A DNA stretch of 64,000 bases from an uncultured Gemmatimonadales bacterium (lineage in GTDB: Bacteria > Gemmatimonadota > Gemmatimonadetes > Gemmatimonadales > GWC2-71-9): contig CAVSEC010000007.1 in the NCBI GenBank assembly GCA_963726955.1, forward strand, positions 403,929 to 467,928, in the 5' to 3' direction. The notes beneath the pieces are model-generated. The model was given only the letters and a program-made list of their open reading frames with translations, made no database searches and was not told the origin of the DNA. Within the stretch, counting starts at the first letter, position 1, and each line of letters begins with the position of its first letter. Shown here piece after piece: positions 46,784-56,327 of this stretch. The position numbers were made by a program, and so were the translations under genes.

Positions 46784-49460
46784 GGGATTGCTGTTCGTCG
46801 CCATCGCCATCCTCGGCGGAGAGCTCGGTACGATGCTGCTCCTGCCCCTGGCCCTGCCGCATGCGTCGGTCTGGCAGCAGGCGCTGGTGGATGCGAGCAT
46901 CCAGTGCCTCATCGCGGTACTCTCCCTCTACTGCTTTGTCGCCGTGCCGCTCCGGCGCGGCGCAGCGCGCGCGGTCCGCCAGAGCGCTGATGCGCTGGAG
47001 GAGGTAGTCAACGCGGTGGGCGAGGTGCTGTTCCGGACCGATCTCGACGGCCGCTGGACGTTCCTCAACCTCGCCTGGACGCGGATCACCGGATGGGAGG
47101 TGGGGGAAACACTCGGGACCGCAGCGCTCGACGCCGTGCACGAGGACGATCGTGAGGCGCTCACGCAGCTGGTCGCCGGAGTCCTCCGGGACACGTCGGA
47201 CGAGTGCCGCCTCGAGGTGCGCTTCCGGACCAGAGACGGCAGCCTGCGCTGGATGGAGTACCAGGGCCGCGCCGTGCGCGACGGGCGCGGTGCGGTGACC
47301 GGCGTCTCCGGCACGCTGCATGACGTGACGGAGCGGCACGAGGCCGGGCAGGCGCTGGCCGCCCAGACCCGCGTGCTCGAGGCACAGGCCCGCGAACTCG
47401 CGCAGGCGCGGGATGCCGCGCTCGATCTCTCACGGCTCAAGTCTGATTTCCTGGCCGGCATGAGCCACGAAATCCGCACCCCGATGAACGGCGTGCTCGG
47501 CATGTCCGGACTGCTGATCGATACCGCGCTGGACGCGGAACAACGCGGCTACGCCCAGGCGATCCAAGGCTCCGCCGACGCACTCCTCACCATCATCAAT
47601 GACATCCTGGATTTCTCCAGGATCGAGGCCGGGAAGCTCAGCATCGAGCCGCTCTCGTTCGATCTCCGCGTCGCGGTCGAGGAAGTCGCCGATCTGCTCA
47701 CGCAGCGGGCGGGCCAGCAGGGCGTGGAGCTCATCGTCCGCACCGCCCCGGACTTGCCGCGTTATGTGATCGGCGATGCGGGCCGGATCCGTCAGATCCT
47801 CACCAATCTTGCGGGCAACGCCCTCAAGTTCACCTCCCGCGGACATGTCCTGATCAATGTGGAAGTCGAACCGGGGCCGGGTCCCGTTCCCTGGATCCGT
47901 TTCTCCGTGGAGGATACCGGTGTCGGCATCGAGGCGGACCGACTGGATGCGATCTTCGACAAGTTCACCCAGGCCGAGGCCAGTACGACCCGCCGGTTCG
48001 GCGGGACCGGGTTGGGGCTCGCGATCTGTCGTCAGCTGACGGAACTGATGGGTGGGCGCATCGGAGTCGACAGCGTGCCGGGGGAGGGCTCGACGTTCTG
48101 GGCCGTGCTTCCGCTGCCGGCTGCCACGGACCCTCGCCCGATGACCACGATCGACTGCGACTTCACCAAGGTCCGCGCCCTCATCGTGGAGCCGGACGCG
48201 ACCGGCCGGCACGTCCTCACGGAGCAGCTCGATGGCCGTGGTTTGCGGGTTGCCGCCGTCGCGTCCGGCGAAGCGGCGCTGGCCGAGCTGGGTAACGCCG
48301 AGTGGGCGGACGATTCGTATGCCATCATCCTGCTCGCCGGCGACCTGCCTGACATGGAGGGGGAGACTCTCGGCCGGCTCATCAAGGCGGATGCCCGGCT
48401 GCATACCGCGGTGCTGCTCTACCTGGCGACGCACGGACGGCCGGGAGATGGGCGACGGATTCACGAGGCGGGCTTCGCCGCCTACCTGCTCAAACCCTGT
48501 CGGCAGGATGACCTCGGCGCCGCGATGGCGCTCGCGTGGCAGAACCGGGATGCCGTGGTGCCGCTTCCGCTGATCACCCGACACTCGCTGGCGGAGGCCC
48601 GCGCGGCCGACCAGCCGGCGCCGGTGCCGGCCCAGCGGGCGGGGGAGTCTCCCTGGCGGATTCTGCTGGTCGAGGACAATCCGGTCAACCAGAAGCTGGC
48701 CGCGCGGCTGCTGGAGAAGCTGGGCTGCCGGGTCGATGTCGCGGGCAACGGACGGGAGTGTGTCGAGATGCTCACCTCCCTCCCCTACGATCTGGTCTTC
48801 ATGGACTGCCAGATGCCGGAGATGGACGGCTACGAGGCCACGCGCCAGGTGCGCGCCTCCACGAGCCCGGTGGCCCATCTGCCGATCATCGCCATGACCG
48901 CCAATGCCATGGCGGGCGACCGGGAGAAGTGCCTGGCCGCGGGCATGGACGACTACATCTCCAAGCCCATCCGGAGCGATGATCTCGCCGAGATGCTGCC
49001 GCGCTGGCTTGGCGCCGGCGCGCCCCGTTCCGCTACCCCGACGGACGCGCGGCGCCCCGGCGAGGTCGGCAGCATCGAACTGAGCGCACTCGATCAGCTC
49101 CGCGCATACGACCTGCGGGGCGGCTCCCGCCTGGTGGAGGAGCTCTGCCGGCTCTTTCTCAGCGACACGCCCACGCGCATCGCCACACTCGCGGAGGCGG
49201 TGCAGCGCAGCGACGGCGACCTGGTCCACCTCATCGCCCACACGGTGAAGGGTGCCGCGTGGCTGGTCGGCGCGCGCCGGCTGGGTGCCCTCGCCGAAGG
49301 AATCGAGCAGCAGGCGGGCCAAGGCCACCTCGACCGGATCCCGGACCAGTCCGCCCGGCTGCGGCAGGAGTTCGAACGCATCCGTCCGTTCTATGAGCGC
49401 GCCCTCGCCGCCGCAGTGCGCGGCGAGCCCCTGCCCGCCGAACCGGAGCCAGCGGTATGA
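46776..49460 (+). CDS. tripartite hybrid histidine kinase 2 (2 TM, PAS, HisKA, HATPase, degenerate REC, REC, HPt)
   Basis: The GTG at 46776 overlaps the upstream stop. The PAS domain reads VLFRTDLDGRWTFLNLAWTRITGW...GVSGTLHDVTERH. The H-box is [18 protein letters not shown], and GTGLGLAICRQLTELMGG follows. The REC domain reads ILLVEDNPVNQKL...[14 protein letters not shown]...AMTANAMAGDREKCLAAGMDDYISKP. The HPt motif is IAHTVKGAAWLVGA. Confidence 0.85.
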   Translation: MRKGLLFVAIAILGGELGTMLLLPLALPHASVWQQALVDASIQCLIAVLSLYCFVAVPLRRGAARAVRQSADALEEVVNAVGEVLFRTDLDGRWTFLNLAWTRITGWEVGETLGTAALDAVHEDDREALTQLVAGVLRDTSDECRLEVRFRTRDGSLRWMEYQGRAVRDGRGAVTGVSGTLHDVTERHEAGQALAAQTRVLEAQARELAQARDAALDLSRLKSDFLAGMSHEIRTPMNGVLGMSGLLIDTALDAEQRGYAQAIQGSADALLTIINDILDFSRIEAGKLSIEPLSFDLRVAVEEVADLLTQRAGQQGVELIVRTAPDLPRYVIGDAGRIRQILTNLAGNALKFTSRGHVLINVEVEPGPGPVPWIRFSVEDTGVGIEADRLDAIFDKFTQAEASTTRRFGGTGLGLAICRQLTELMGGRIGVDSVPGEGSTFWAVLPLPAATDPRPMTTIDCDFTKVRALIVEPDATGRHVLTEQLDGRGLRVAAVASGEAALAELGNAEWADDSYAIILLAGDLPDMEGETLGRLIKADARLHTAVLLYLATHGRPGDGRRIHEAGFAAYLLKPCRQDDLGAAMALAWQNRDAVVPLPLITRHSLAEARAADQPAPVPAQRAGESPWRILLVEDNPVNQKLAARLLEKLGCRVDVAGNGRECVEMLTSLPYDLVFMDCQMPEMDGYEATRQVRASTSPVAHLPIIAMTANAMAGDREKCLAAGMDDYISKPIRSDDLAEMLPRWLGAGAPRSATPTDARRPGEVGSIELSALDQLRAYDLRGGSRLVEELCRLFLSDTPTRIATLAEAVQRSDGDLVHLIAHTVKGAAWLVGARRLGALAEGIEQQAGQGHLDRIPDQSARLRQEFERIRPFYERALAAAVRGEPLPAEPEPAV

Positions 49461-52400
49461 CAGCGCTCCTCGAGGCCAAGGCGAGGCCTCTCTGGAGAGT
49501 GCGGACGCAAGTGGCTCTGCTCGGCGCCGCGACGGCGCTGGTCCTTCTCGTCGGCGTCATCGGCACCGCGCTCATCCTGTCCGCCGCCCGGCAACGCTTC
49601 GATCGCGAGGATCAGACGACCTCGATCGGACGGGCACGCGTCGCGATCGCCCAGAGCCTCGCGGCGGACCGCAGCCGGATCACCGATTTCGCCTGGTGGG
49701 ACGAGCTGTACACCTGGATCGGTCGCCCGCACGATGGCCGGACAGATCTCTTCCTGCGCGACAACTTCACCACGACCCTCCCGGGAAAATACGGCGATCA
49801 GCTGATCGGATTCTGGAAGGCAGACCGGTCGCCGGTGTTCGAGTGGCATGCCCCGACTGCCGCCTCGTTCGCGCAGGGTGTCCCGGTGACCGACCTGTTC
49901 AACCTGCTCGACCGGGAGCAGGTCGCCTCCGGATTCGTCACGTTCGGCGGGCGGATCTATCGGCTGACGGGTGCGCTCATCAAACCCAGCGATCTCACGA
50001 GCACGGCCGCGCCACGCGGCTATCTCGTCACGGGTCAGCAGGTGGACGACAGCGCCATGTCCCGTCTCGCCGTGACCCTGCAGCAGCAGGTCAGCGTCCG
50101 CCCGGTGATCGCCAGGAGCGATACGATCGTGCGCCTGACCTTTGCCGGTGGTGACAGCGTCGCCACGACGTTCGGCGTCACCGACCTCTTCGGGGCGAAC
50201 AAGGTTCGGATCGAACTCCGAGCCTCCCGCGCCTTTCTCCGAGGCGTCGAAGGCTGGATGGCGCGCCTCATGGTCGGGGCCGCGGTGCTGGTGCTCCTCT
50301 TCCTGGGCCTGCTCATCCTGGTGGTCACCCGCTACCTGCTCCGCCCCTTTGCCCGCATCGGAGTGGAGTTCGCCGCGATGCATGCCGAAGGGCGCTTCGG
50401 CCGCCTCGGCACCGCCGCGACGGCGCGCGAGTGGGCCCTCTTCCTCGACAGCTTCAACCAGCTCGCCGACGGCCGCGAACGCGCCGAGCTGGAGCTGGCT
50501 GCCGCGCGCGATGAGGCGGTCGCCTCCACCCGGGCGAAGAGCGATTTCCTGGCCAATATGAGCCATGAGATCCGGACCCCGATGAACGCCATTCTCGGCC
50601 TCTCCGACCTGCTGCGGCGTACGCCGCTGACTGGGGAGCAGCGCCGGTACGTGGAGGCGGTACACGGCTCGGGGGAGGCGCTGCTCACCCTGATCAACGA
50701 CATTCTCGATCTCTCGAAGGTCGAGGCCGGCAAGCTCACGATCGAGACGGTGCCGTTCGACCTCCACCGCGCGGTCTCGGAGACGGTCGCGATCTTCACG
50801 CACCGGGCCGCCGAGCGAGGCGTGCGAATAGAGGAATGCATCGCGCCAGGAGTACCGGCGCGGGTGCTCGGCGATCCCGGCCGGGTGCGCCAGGTGCTGA
50901 CCAACCTGATGGGGAACGCACTCAAGTTCACCAAGGCGGGACAGGTCCTCGTTCGCGTGTTGGCGGACGGCTCGGCCGAAGAGAACGTGGTGCGCTTCGA
51001 GGTCGAGGACACCGGGATCGGCATTCCGGCCGACAAGCTTGGGCGGATCTTCGAGAAGTTCGCCCAGGCCGACTCGAGCACGACCCGGAAATTCGGGGGA
51101 ACCGGGCTGGGGTTGTCGATCAGTCGGCAGCTGGTGGAGCTGATGGGAGGCGAGGTCACCGTGCAGAGCGAGGTGGGGCGCGGGAGCACCTTCGCATTCA
51201 CCGTCCCCCTGCCGCCCTGCGTCGGGGTACCGGCCCAGCTCCCGCGCGACCTCCCGCTGACCGGGCTCCGGCTGCTGCAGCTGTCCGTGGATGGAGTCGC
51301 CGATCCGGCGGTGCGGGCGGCGCTCGTCACCGAGGGGCTCCGGGTGGTGGAGGCGGCGGTGTTCCCGTCTTCCGACGAGCTGCTGCTCGCGGCGTCCACC
51401 GAAGAGACACCATTTCATTTCGTCCTGATCGAAGGCGAAGAGATGTCGCCTGCGGTGCAGCAGGCGATAGCGGCCTGTCGCCAGGGCCTGTGGCCGGCGG
51501 TGGCGGTGGTGGTACTCCTCCGGCGCGGCTTCCGCGGCCTGGCCAGTCAGGCGCGCATCGCCGGCGCCCATGCCTGCCTGGTCGATCAGGGACCCCCAAA
51601 CGACCTCCGTGAGGCGCTCGCGGTGGCGCGCCAGGTGGTGCAGGGCGGCCTGTCGTGGCCGCTCATCACCCGACCCTGGCTGCTGGAGGCGCGTGCCGGC
51701 GAGGAAGACAGTGCGACCCCGCTCGCTGGGGAACGGGTCACAGCACCGGGAACTCGGGTGCTCGTGACGGACGATAACGAGCTCAACCGCCTCATCGCCA
51801 CCGAATACCTCCGGCGCCTCGGCGCCGACGTCCTCACGGCGGCAAGTGGCGAAGAGGCGATCGCCCTGCTGGCCGATGGCGGCATCCAGCTGGTGTTCAT
51901 GGATTGCCAGATGCCGGAGCTCGACGGGTACGAAACGACGGCGCGCATTCGCGGCATCCCCGGGGATCCCGGCCAGGTCCCGATCGTGGCGATGACCGCC
52001 AACGCGATGCAGGGGGACCGGGAGCGGTGCCTCGCGGCCGGGATGAACGATTATGTGAGCAAGCCGATCCGGGAAGCGGATGTGAGTCGCGTGCTCCGGC
52101 GCTGGTGCGGCACCGCACCCACGCCCAGGAACCCGCCGATATCGCATGAGCGGCCGGCAGCGGCGCAGGAGGCCGCACCGATCAGCGCCGGCTCGCTCGA
52201 GAGCCTCAGCTCCTCGGGGCCCGGTGGGGCGGGCCTCGCCGCCCGGCTCACGGCCCTCTACCTCCGGGAGACGCCGGCGCAGATCCGGTTGCTCCGTCAG
52301 GCGATCAGTGCCGGCGACCTTGCCGTAGCGGGCAGGATGGCCCACACACTCCGAGGGGCGTCAGGCGTGATGGGGGCACTCGGAGTCGTGGAGTTGTGCC

Positions 52401-52945
52401 AGCGCATCGAACAGGCCGTCGCGCGGGAGGCGAGCGAGGATGCGCGTGACGCGATCGGCGTGCTTGAGCGCGAGGTGGAGCGCGCCCTCCGGGCGCTCGG
52501 CGCAGCTGCCGTCGAGGTGCCGGCGCTGGACCCCGGCAAACGCGATGAATTCCGGACGATGGAAGAGGAGAGCCCGGGGTTACTGACGACGGTCTTCCAG
52601 CTCTTCCTGAGTGATGCTCCGGGACGGATCACGTCGATCGAGACCGCCCTTGCGATCGAGGATGTCCCGGCGCTCGGTCACGCGGCGCATACCCTGCGCG
52701 GGGCCGCGCTCCAGCTCGGTGCGGTCGCGCTCGGACAGACGGTGGCAGGGATGGAGGCCGACGCGCAACGAGGTGACCTGCCATCGGTGCGAGCGCGCTT
52801 CCCCGACATGATCAAGGAGTGGGAGCGCGTGCGCGAGGCACTGTTGTCGGAAATCGAACGGGCGGGATCTCAGGCGCCGGGCGTCGCCTGCGCGCCCGCA
52901 GCGCCCGCAGCGCCCGCAGCGCCCGCAGCGCCCGTGGGGAACTGA
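49457..52945 (+). CDS. hybrid histidine kinase 3 (periplasmic CHASE4-like sensor, HAMP-like, HisKA, HATPase, degenerate REC, REC, two HPt)
   Basis: TM segments flank a roughly 230-aa periplasmic region ([12 protein letters not shown]...). The H-box is [18 protein letters not shown], and [18 protein letters not shown] follows. The REC domain reads [13 protein letters not shown]...[14 protein letters not shown]...[26 protein letters not shown]. The HPt motifs are [14 protein letters not shown] and [14 protein letters not shown]. The 3' end runs into the 9-bp repeat at a suspected junction. The CHASE4 call is from memory. Confidence 0.8.
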   Translation: MTALLEAKARPLWRVRTQVALLGAATALVLLVGVIGTALILSAARQRFDREDQTTSIGRARVAIAQSLAADRSRITDFAWWDELYTWIGRPHDGRTDLFLRDNFTTTLPGKYGDQLIGFWKADRSPVFEWHAPTAASFAQGVPVTDLFNLLDREQVASGFVTFGGRIYRLTGALIKPSDLTSTAAPRGYLVTGQQVDDSAMSRLAVTLQQQVSVRPVIARSDTIVRLTFAGGDSVATTFGVTDLFGANKVRIELRASRAFLRGVEGWMARLMVGAAVLVLLFLGLLILVVTRYLLRPFARIGVEFAAMHAEGRFGRLGTAATAREWALFLDSFNQLADGRERAELELAAARDEAVASTRAKSDFLANMSHEIRTPMNAILGLSDLLRRTPLTGEQRRYVEAVHGSGEALLTLINDILDLSKVEAGKLTIETVPFDLHRAVSETVAIFTHRAAERGVRIEECIAPGVPARVLGDPGRVRQVLTNLMGNALKFTKAGQVLVRVLADGSAEENVVRFEVEDTGIGIPADKLGRIFEKFAQADSSTTRKFGGTGLGLSISRQLVELMGGEVTVQSEVGRGSTFAFTVPLPPCVGVPAQLPRDLPLTGLRLLQLSVDGVADPAVRAALVTEGLRVVEAAVFPSSDELLLAASTEETPFHFVLIEGEEMSPAVQQAIAACRQGLWPAVAVVVLLRRGFRGLASQARIAGAHACLVDQGPPNDLREALAVARQVVQGGLSWPLITRPWLLEARAGEEDSATPLAGERVTAPGTRVLVTDDNELNRLIATEYLRRLGADVLTAASGEEAIALLADGGIQLVFMDCQMPELDGYETTARIRGIPGDPGQVPIVAMTANAMQGDRERCLAAGMNDYVSKPIREADVSRVLRRWCGTAPTPRNPPISHERPAAAQEAAPISAGSLESLSSSGPGGAGLAARLTALYLRETPAQIRLLRQAISAGDLAVAGRMAHTLRGASGVMGALGVVELCQRIEQAVAREASEDARDAIGVLEREVERALRALGAAAVEVPALDPGKRDEFRTMEEESPGLLTTVFQLFLSDAPGRITSIETALAIEDVPALGHAAHTLRGAALQLGAVALGQTVAGMEADAQRGDLPSVRARFPDMIKEWERVREALLSEIERAGSQAPGVACAPAAPAAPAAPAAPVGN
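52892..52936. repeat. 9-bp tandem repeat, about 5 copies
   Basis: GCGCCCGCA occurs 4 times (52892-52927), followed by GCGCCCGTG (52928-52936). It encodes [15 protein letters not shown] at the end of kinase 3 and (AAG)n on the opposite strand. Confidence 0.9.
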
Positions 52946-53010
52946 GGGACCGCGTCGAGCAGCGCGCGGGTGTAGGGATGCTGGGGCGTGTGCAGCAATA
53001 CGTAACTGCT
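52946..53010 (-). other. isolated fragment resembling the C-terminal oligo_HPY region of an oligopeptide/dipeptide ABC ATPase
   Basis: The minus strand reads [23 protein letters not shown]. The HPYT-ALL-A-P motif is typical of DppD/OppD-type ATPases. Only about 21 codons are present, fused in frame to the broken sbp gene. Confidence 0.35.
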
Positions 53011-53476
53011 GCCCGAGGTCTTCGGGTTCGGCGTGATCACCGCGACGCCGGGCTTGATCAGATCGTCCCAGTCCTTGATGGCCTTCGGGTTGCCCTTGCG
53101 CACCAGGAACACGATGGTCGACGTGTAGGGCGATGAATTCTGCGGCAGACGCTTCTGCCAGTCGACGCGCGGTGAGTCCCTTGGCTGCGATCGCGTCGAT
53201 GTCATAGGCGAGCGCGAGCGTCACCACGTCGGCCTGCAATCCGTCGATCACCGAGCGCGCCTGCGAGCCGCTGCCGCCATGCGACTGCTTGATCTCGACG
53301 CTCTTGCCGGTTTCCTTCTGATAGGCGTTGGCGAACGCCTTGTTGAACTCGACATAGAGCTCACGCGTCGGATCGTACGACACGTTCAAGAGATTGATGT
53401 CAGCGGCGAGAACCGAGCTTGCCCAGAGCAGGCCTGCCGCGAGCGGAACGATACGGCGCATCATGTCCATCTCCAT
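53011..53476 (-). pseudogene. sbp: sulfate/thiosulfate ABC transporter substrate-binding protein, 3'-truncated and frameshifted
   Basis: It has the signal peptide [20 protein letters not shown]. Then come [76 protein letters not shown]. After a shift near 53190 it continues [52 protein letters not shown], where homology stops abruptly at 53011. Confidence 0.75.
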
Positions 53477-53588
53477 TCACCTCGACGACGTCATCGTCAT
53501 CGATGGCATGCGGGCATAACTCGGGGCGAAACGCGTTCAAGTCAACGGAACCGGATTTTCTTGTTTGCAGCGTCGCAGCCCGACTGTG

Positions 53589-54324
53589 CTACGAAATCTT
53601 CATCGTGTGGATGCCGCATTCTGTCTTGGCTCGGCCGCGCCAGCGACCGGCGCGCGCATCCTCGCCTCGGCCGTTCTGCTGGTGCAGGGCATGCAGCCGA
53701 CCGACAGAAACCGTGCGCCACGCAGCGGATGCCGCGGCAATTTGGCGCGGACGAAAATCGCCTCGATCTCCTCGCGCGAGACGTTGGCGAACGGATTGAA
53801 CTTGAGCCGCGCGCCGTCGTCCTCGACCACCGGAATGTCGGCGCGCGTCGTCGCCCTGGAAGCGCTTGCGGCCGTTGATCCAGGCCGCGAACGGCTCCAG
53901 CGCCCGCGCCAGCGGCTCGACCTTGCGGATGCGGCAGCAGGCGTCGGGATCGGAGAACCAGAGCTCGCGATCGGGATCCTCGCGCGACAGCGTCTCCTCG
54001 CGCCGGCTTGATCGAGCGGACGTCCGTCAGGCCGAGCATGCGCGATCAGCGTGTCGCGATAGGCGAGCGTCTCCTCGAACAGCCAGCCGGTGTCGAGGAA
54101 GATCACGGGGATCGCCGGATCGACGTCGGCCATCGACCTTCAGCAGCGCCGCCGATTCCGTGCCGAACGACGACACCAGCGCAAGCTTGTCGCGCCCGAC
54201 CGTCTTCAACGCGGCGGCAATGACTGTCCGCGGGCGAGGCATCGCGCAACGCGCGATCAAGTCTCCGCCGCGGCAGCAGCCGAGACGGCAGGGCGACGAG
54301 ACCTGAGGCGCGATGTGCGCTCAC
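53589..54324 (-). pseudogene. cysH: (phospho)adenosine phosphosulfate reductase CysH, at least 4 frameshifts
   Basis: The GTG at 54324 overlaps the DUF934 stop as GTGA. Fragments lie in three frames: VIAAALKTVGRDKLALVSSFGTESAALLKV, ADVDPAIPVIFLDTGWLFEETLAYRDTLIA, LGLTDVRSIKP, DGARLKFNPFANVSREEIEAIFVRAKLPRHPL and FLSVGCMPCTSR...GEDARAGRWRGRAKTECGIH...*. Confidence 0.8.
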
Positions 54325-54836
54325 GTGCCGACACCTTCGGAATGGCGCAGCTGCATGCGCCGATGCAGCGCCGTGATGCGGCCGTCGCCGGTCGGCTGAT
54401 AGAACACCGAATAGCGCTTCGCGGTCTGCGCGAAGGCTTCGCGCGTCGGCCTGCTTCTTGACCTCGAACGAATCGAAGCCGGCGCGCAGCATGAACACGA
54501 ACTGGTCGCGCAGCACCTGGCCGGTCGCACGCAATTCGCCGCGATAGCCGTAGCGCTCGCGCAGCAGCCGCGCCTGGCTGTAGGCGCGGCCGTCCCGGAA
54601 CGTCGGGAACACCAGCGCGACCGCGGCGAGCCGGCCGAGATACGGCACGAGCTCGTCGATGTCGCGATTGTTCGGCCAGATCACGCCGACCTTGCCGGCG
54701 CGCGCCGAGCAGCCGTCGGCATCCTGCAGGAAGCGCTCCGCCGGCACCAGCATGTCACCGCCCGCAGGCAGCGGCGTGTCGGCGTCAAGCTTGACGAAGC
54801 TATCGTCGGCGATCTTTCCGCCTTAACGAGTGGCAT
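54321..54836 (-). pseudogene. DUF934 protein of sulfite-reduction operons, about 2 frameshifts
   Basis: MPLVK begins the gene, followed by a shift. GGKIADDSFVKLDADTPLPAGGDMLVPAERFLQD...VALVFPTFRDGRAYSQARLLRERYGYRGELRATGQVLRDQFVFMLRAGFDSFEVK comes next. After a further shift it continues REAFAQTAKRYSVFYQPTGDGRITALHRR...*. It lies between cysI and cysH, as in alpha- and beta-proteobacterial operons. Confidence 0.7.
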
Positions 54837-56290
54837 AGACGCGCTCCTTGAATGGTTCGACGCCGAGGCGCTTCACCGTATCGACGAACAGCTCCTCGGG
54901 GCGCTCGCGCAACGCGAGATAGGCTTCAACGATGTCCTCGATGACATCGGCGACCTCGTCGAACTTGACGCCGGGGCCGATCAGATGTGCCGAGCGCGGC
55001 ATTCTCGTCGGCGCGGCCGCCGATCGTGATCTGGTAGAATTCCTCGCCGTTCTTCTCGACGCCGAGAATGCCGATATGGCCGACATGGTGATGGCCGCAG
55101 GCATTGATGCAGCCGGAAATGTTGATGTGCAGCCGGCCGATCAGATTGGCGGTCTCGTGATTGGCGAAGCGCCGCGTCATCTCCTGCGCGATCGGGATCG
55201 AGCGCGCATTCGCCAGCGAGCAGTAGTCGAGCCCCGGGCAGGCGATGATGTCGGTGATCAGATTGACGTTCGGCGTCGCGAGCCCGAGCTTGTCGAGCGC
55301 CTTCCACAGCGCCGGCAGGTCGCGCTTGGCGACATGCGGCAGCGCCAGGTTCTGCTCGTGGCCGACGCGGATTTCGCCGAAGGAATATTTGTCGGCGAGA
55401 TCGGCGAGCGCATCCATCTGCTCGGCGGTGGCATCGCCCGGCGGCCCGCCGATCGGCTTCAGCGAGATCGTGACGATGGAATAGCCCGGCACCTTGTGCG
55501 TGGCGACCGAGTTGCTTGCCGCCACGCCTCGAAATCGGGATCAGCCGCGGCCTGGCGCAGCTCGTCCGGCATGTGCGTCAGCTTCTCGTAGGCCGGATAG
55601 GTGAAACGCGAGACGGATGTCCTCGATCACCTCGTCGTCGAGCGCGAGCGAGGACTTGCGGATCTGCTGCCACTCGTCCTCGACCTCGCGGGCGAATTTC
55701 TCGATGCCGAGCTCGTGCACCAAAATCTTGATGCGCGCCTTGTAGATGTTGTCGCGGCGGCCATACTGGTTGTAGACGCGCAGGATCGCCTCGATATAGC
55801 TCAGGATGTCGCGGCCGCGCGACGAAATGCTTGATGGTCTTGCCGATGAACGGCGTGCGGCCGAGACCGCCGCCGACCAGCACCTCAAAACCGGTCTCAC
55901 CCTTCTCGTTCTTGATCAGGCGCAGGCCGATGTCGTGGATCTTGATCGCGGCACGGTCGTGATCCGACGCGGTGATCGCGATCTTGAACTTGCGCGGCAG
56001 GAACGAGAATTCCGGATGCAGCGTGGTGTGCTGGCGGATCAGCTCCGACCAGATGCGCGGATCCTCGATCTCGCCGGGCGCGACGCCGGCCCACTGGTCG
56101 GAGGTGACGTTGCGCATGTTGTTGCCGGAGGTCTGCATCGCATGGATGCCGACCTCGGCGAGATCGGCCAGCGCATCCGGCAGTTCAGCGAGCTTGATCC
56201 AGTTGAACTGGATGTTCTGCCGCGTCGTGAAGTGGCCGTAGCCCGCATCCGAAAACGTTGTTTCAGTGCGCATCCACCGCGGCGTCGCAA
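54823..56290 (-). pseudogene. cysI: sulfite reductase hemoprotein (nitrite/sulfite reductase family), 5'-truncated, at least 4 frameshifts
   Basis: GYGHFTTRQNIQFNWIKLAELPDALADLAEVGIHAMQTSGNNMRNVTSD, FLPRKFKIAITASDHD, FEVLVGGGLGRTPFIGK and ILRVYNQYGRRDNIYKARIKILVHELGIEKF are present. The siroheme and 4Fe-4S cysteines are in IIACPGLDYCSLANA...HINISGCINACGHHHVGHIGILGV. The end reads ...FKERVYATR*. Roughly 50-90 N-terminal codons are missing. Confidence 0.8.
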
Positions 56291-56327
56291 AGCTGCGGGC
56301 CTTGTGCAAGGAAGACATCAAAAACAT

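Noticed and set aside
52892-52936. The tandem repeat as a possible CRISPR or minisatellite locus.
   Set aside because: The 9-bp units are directly adjacent with no spacers and there are only about 5 copies. It is coding low complexity, or a junction artefact, and not a CRISPR array.
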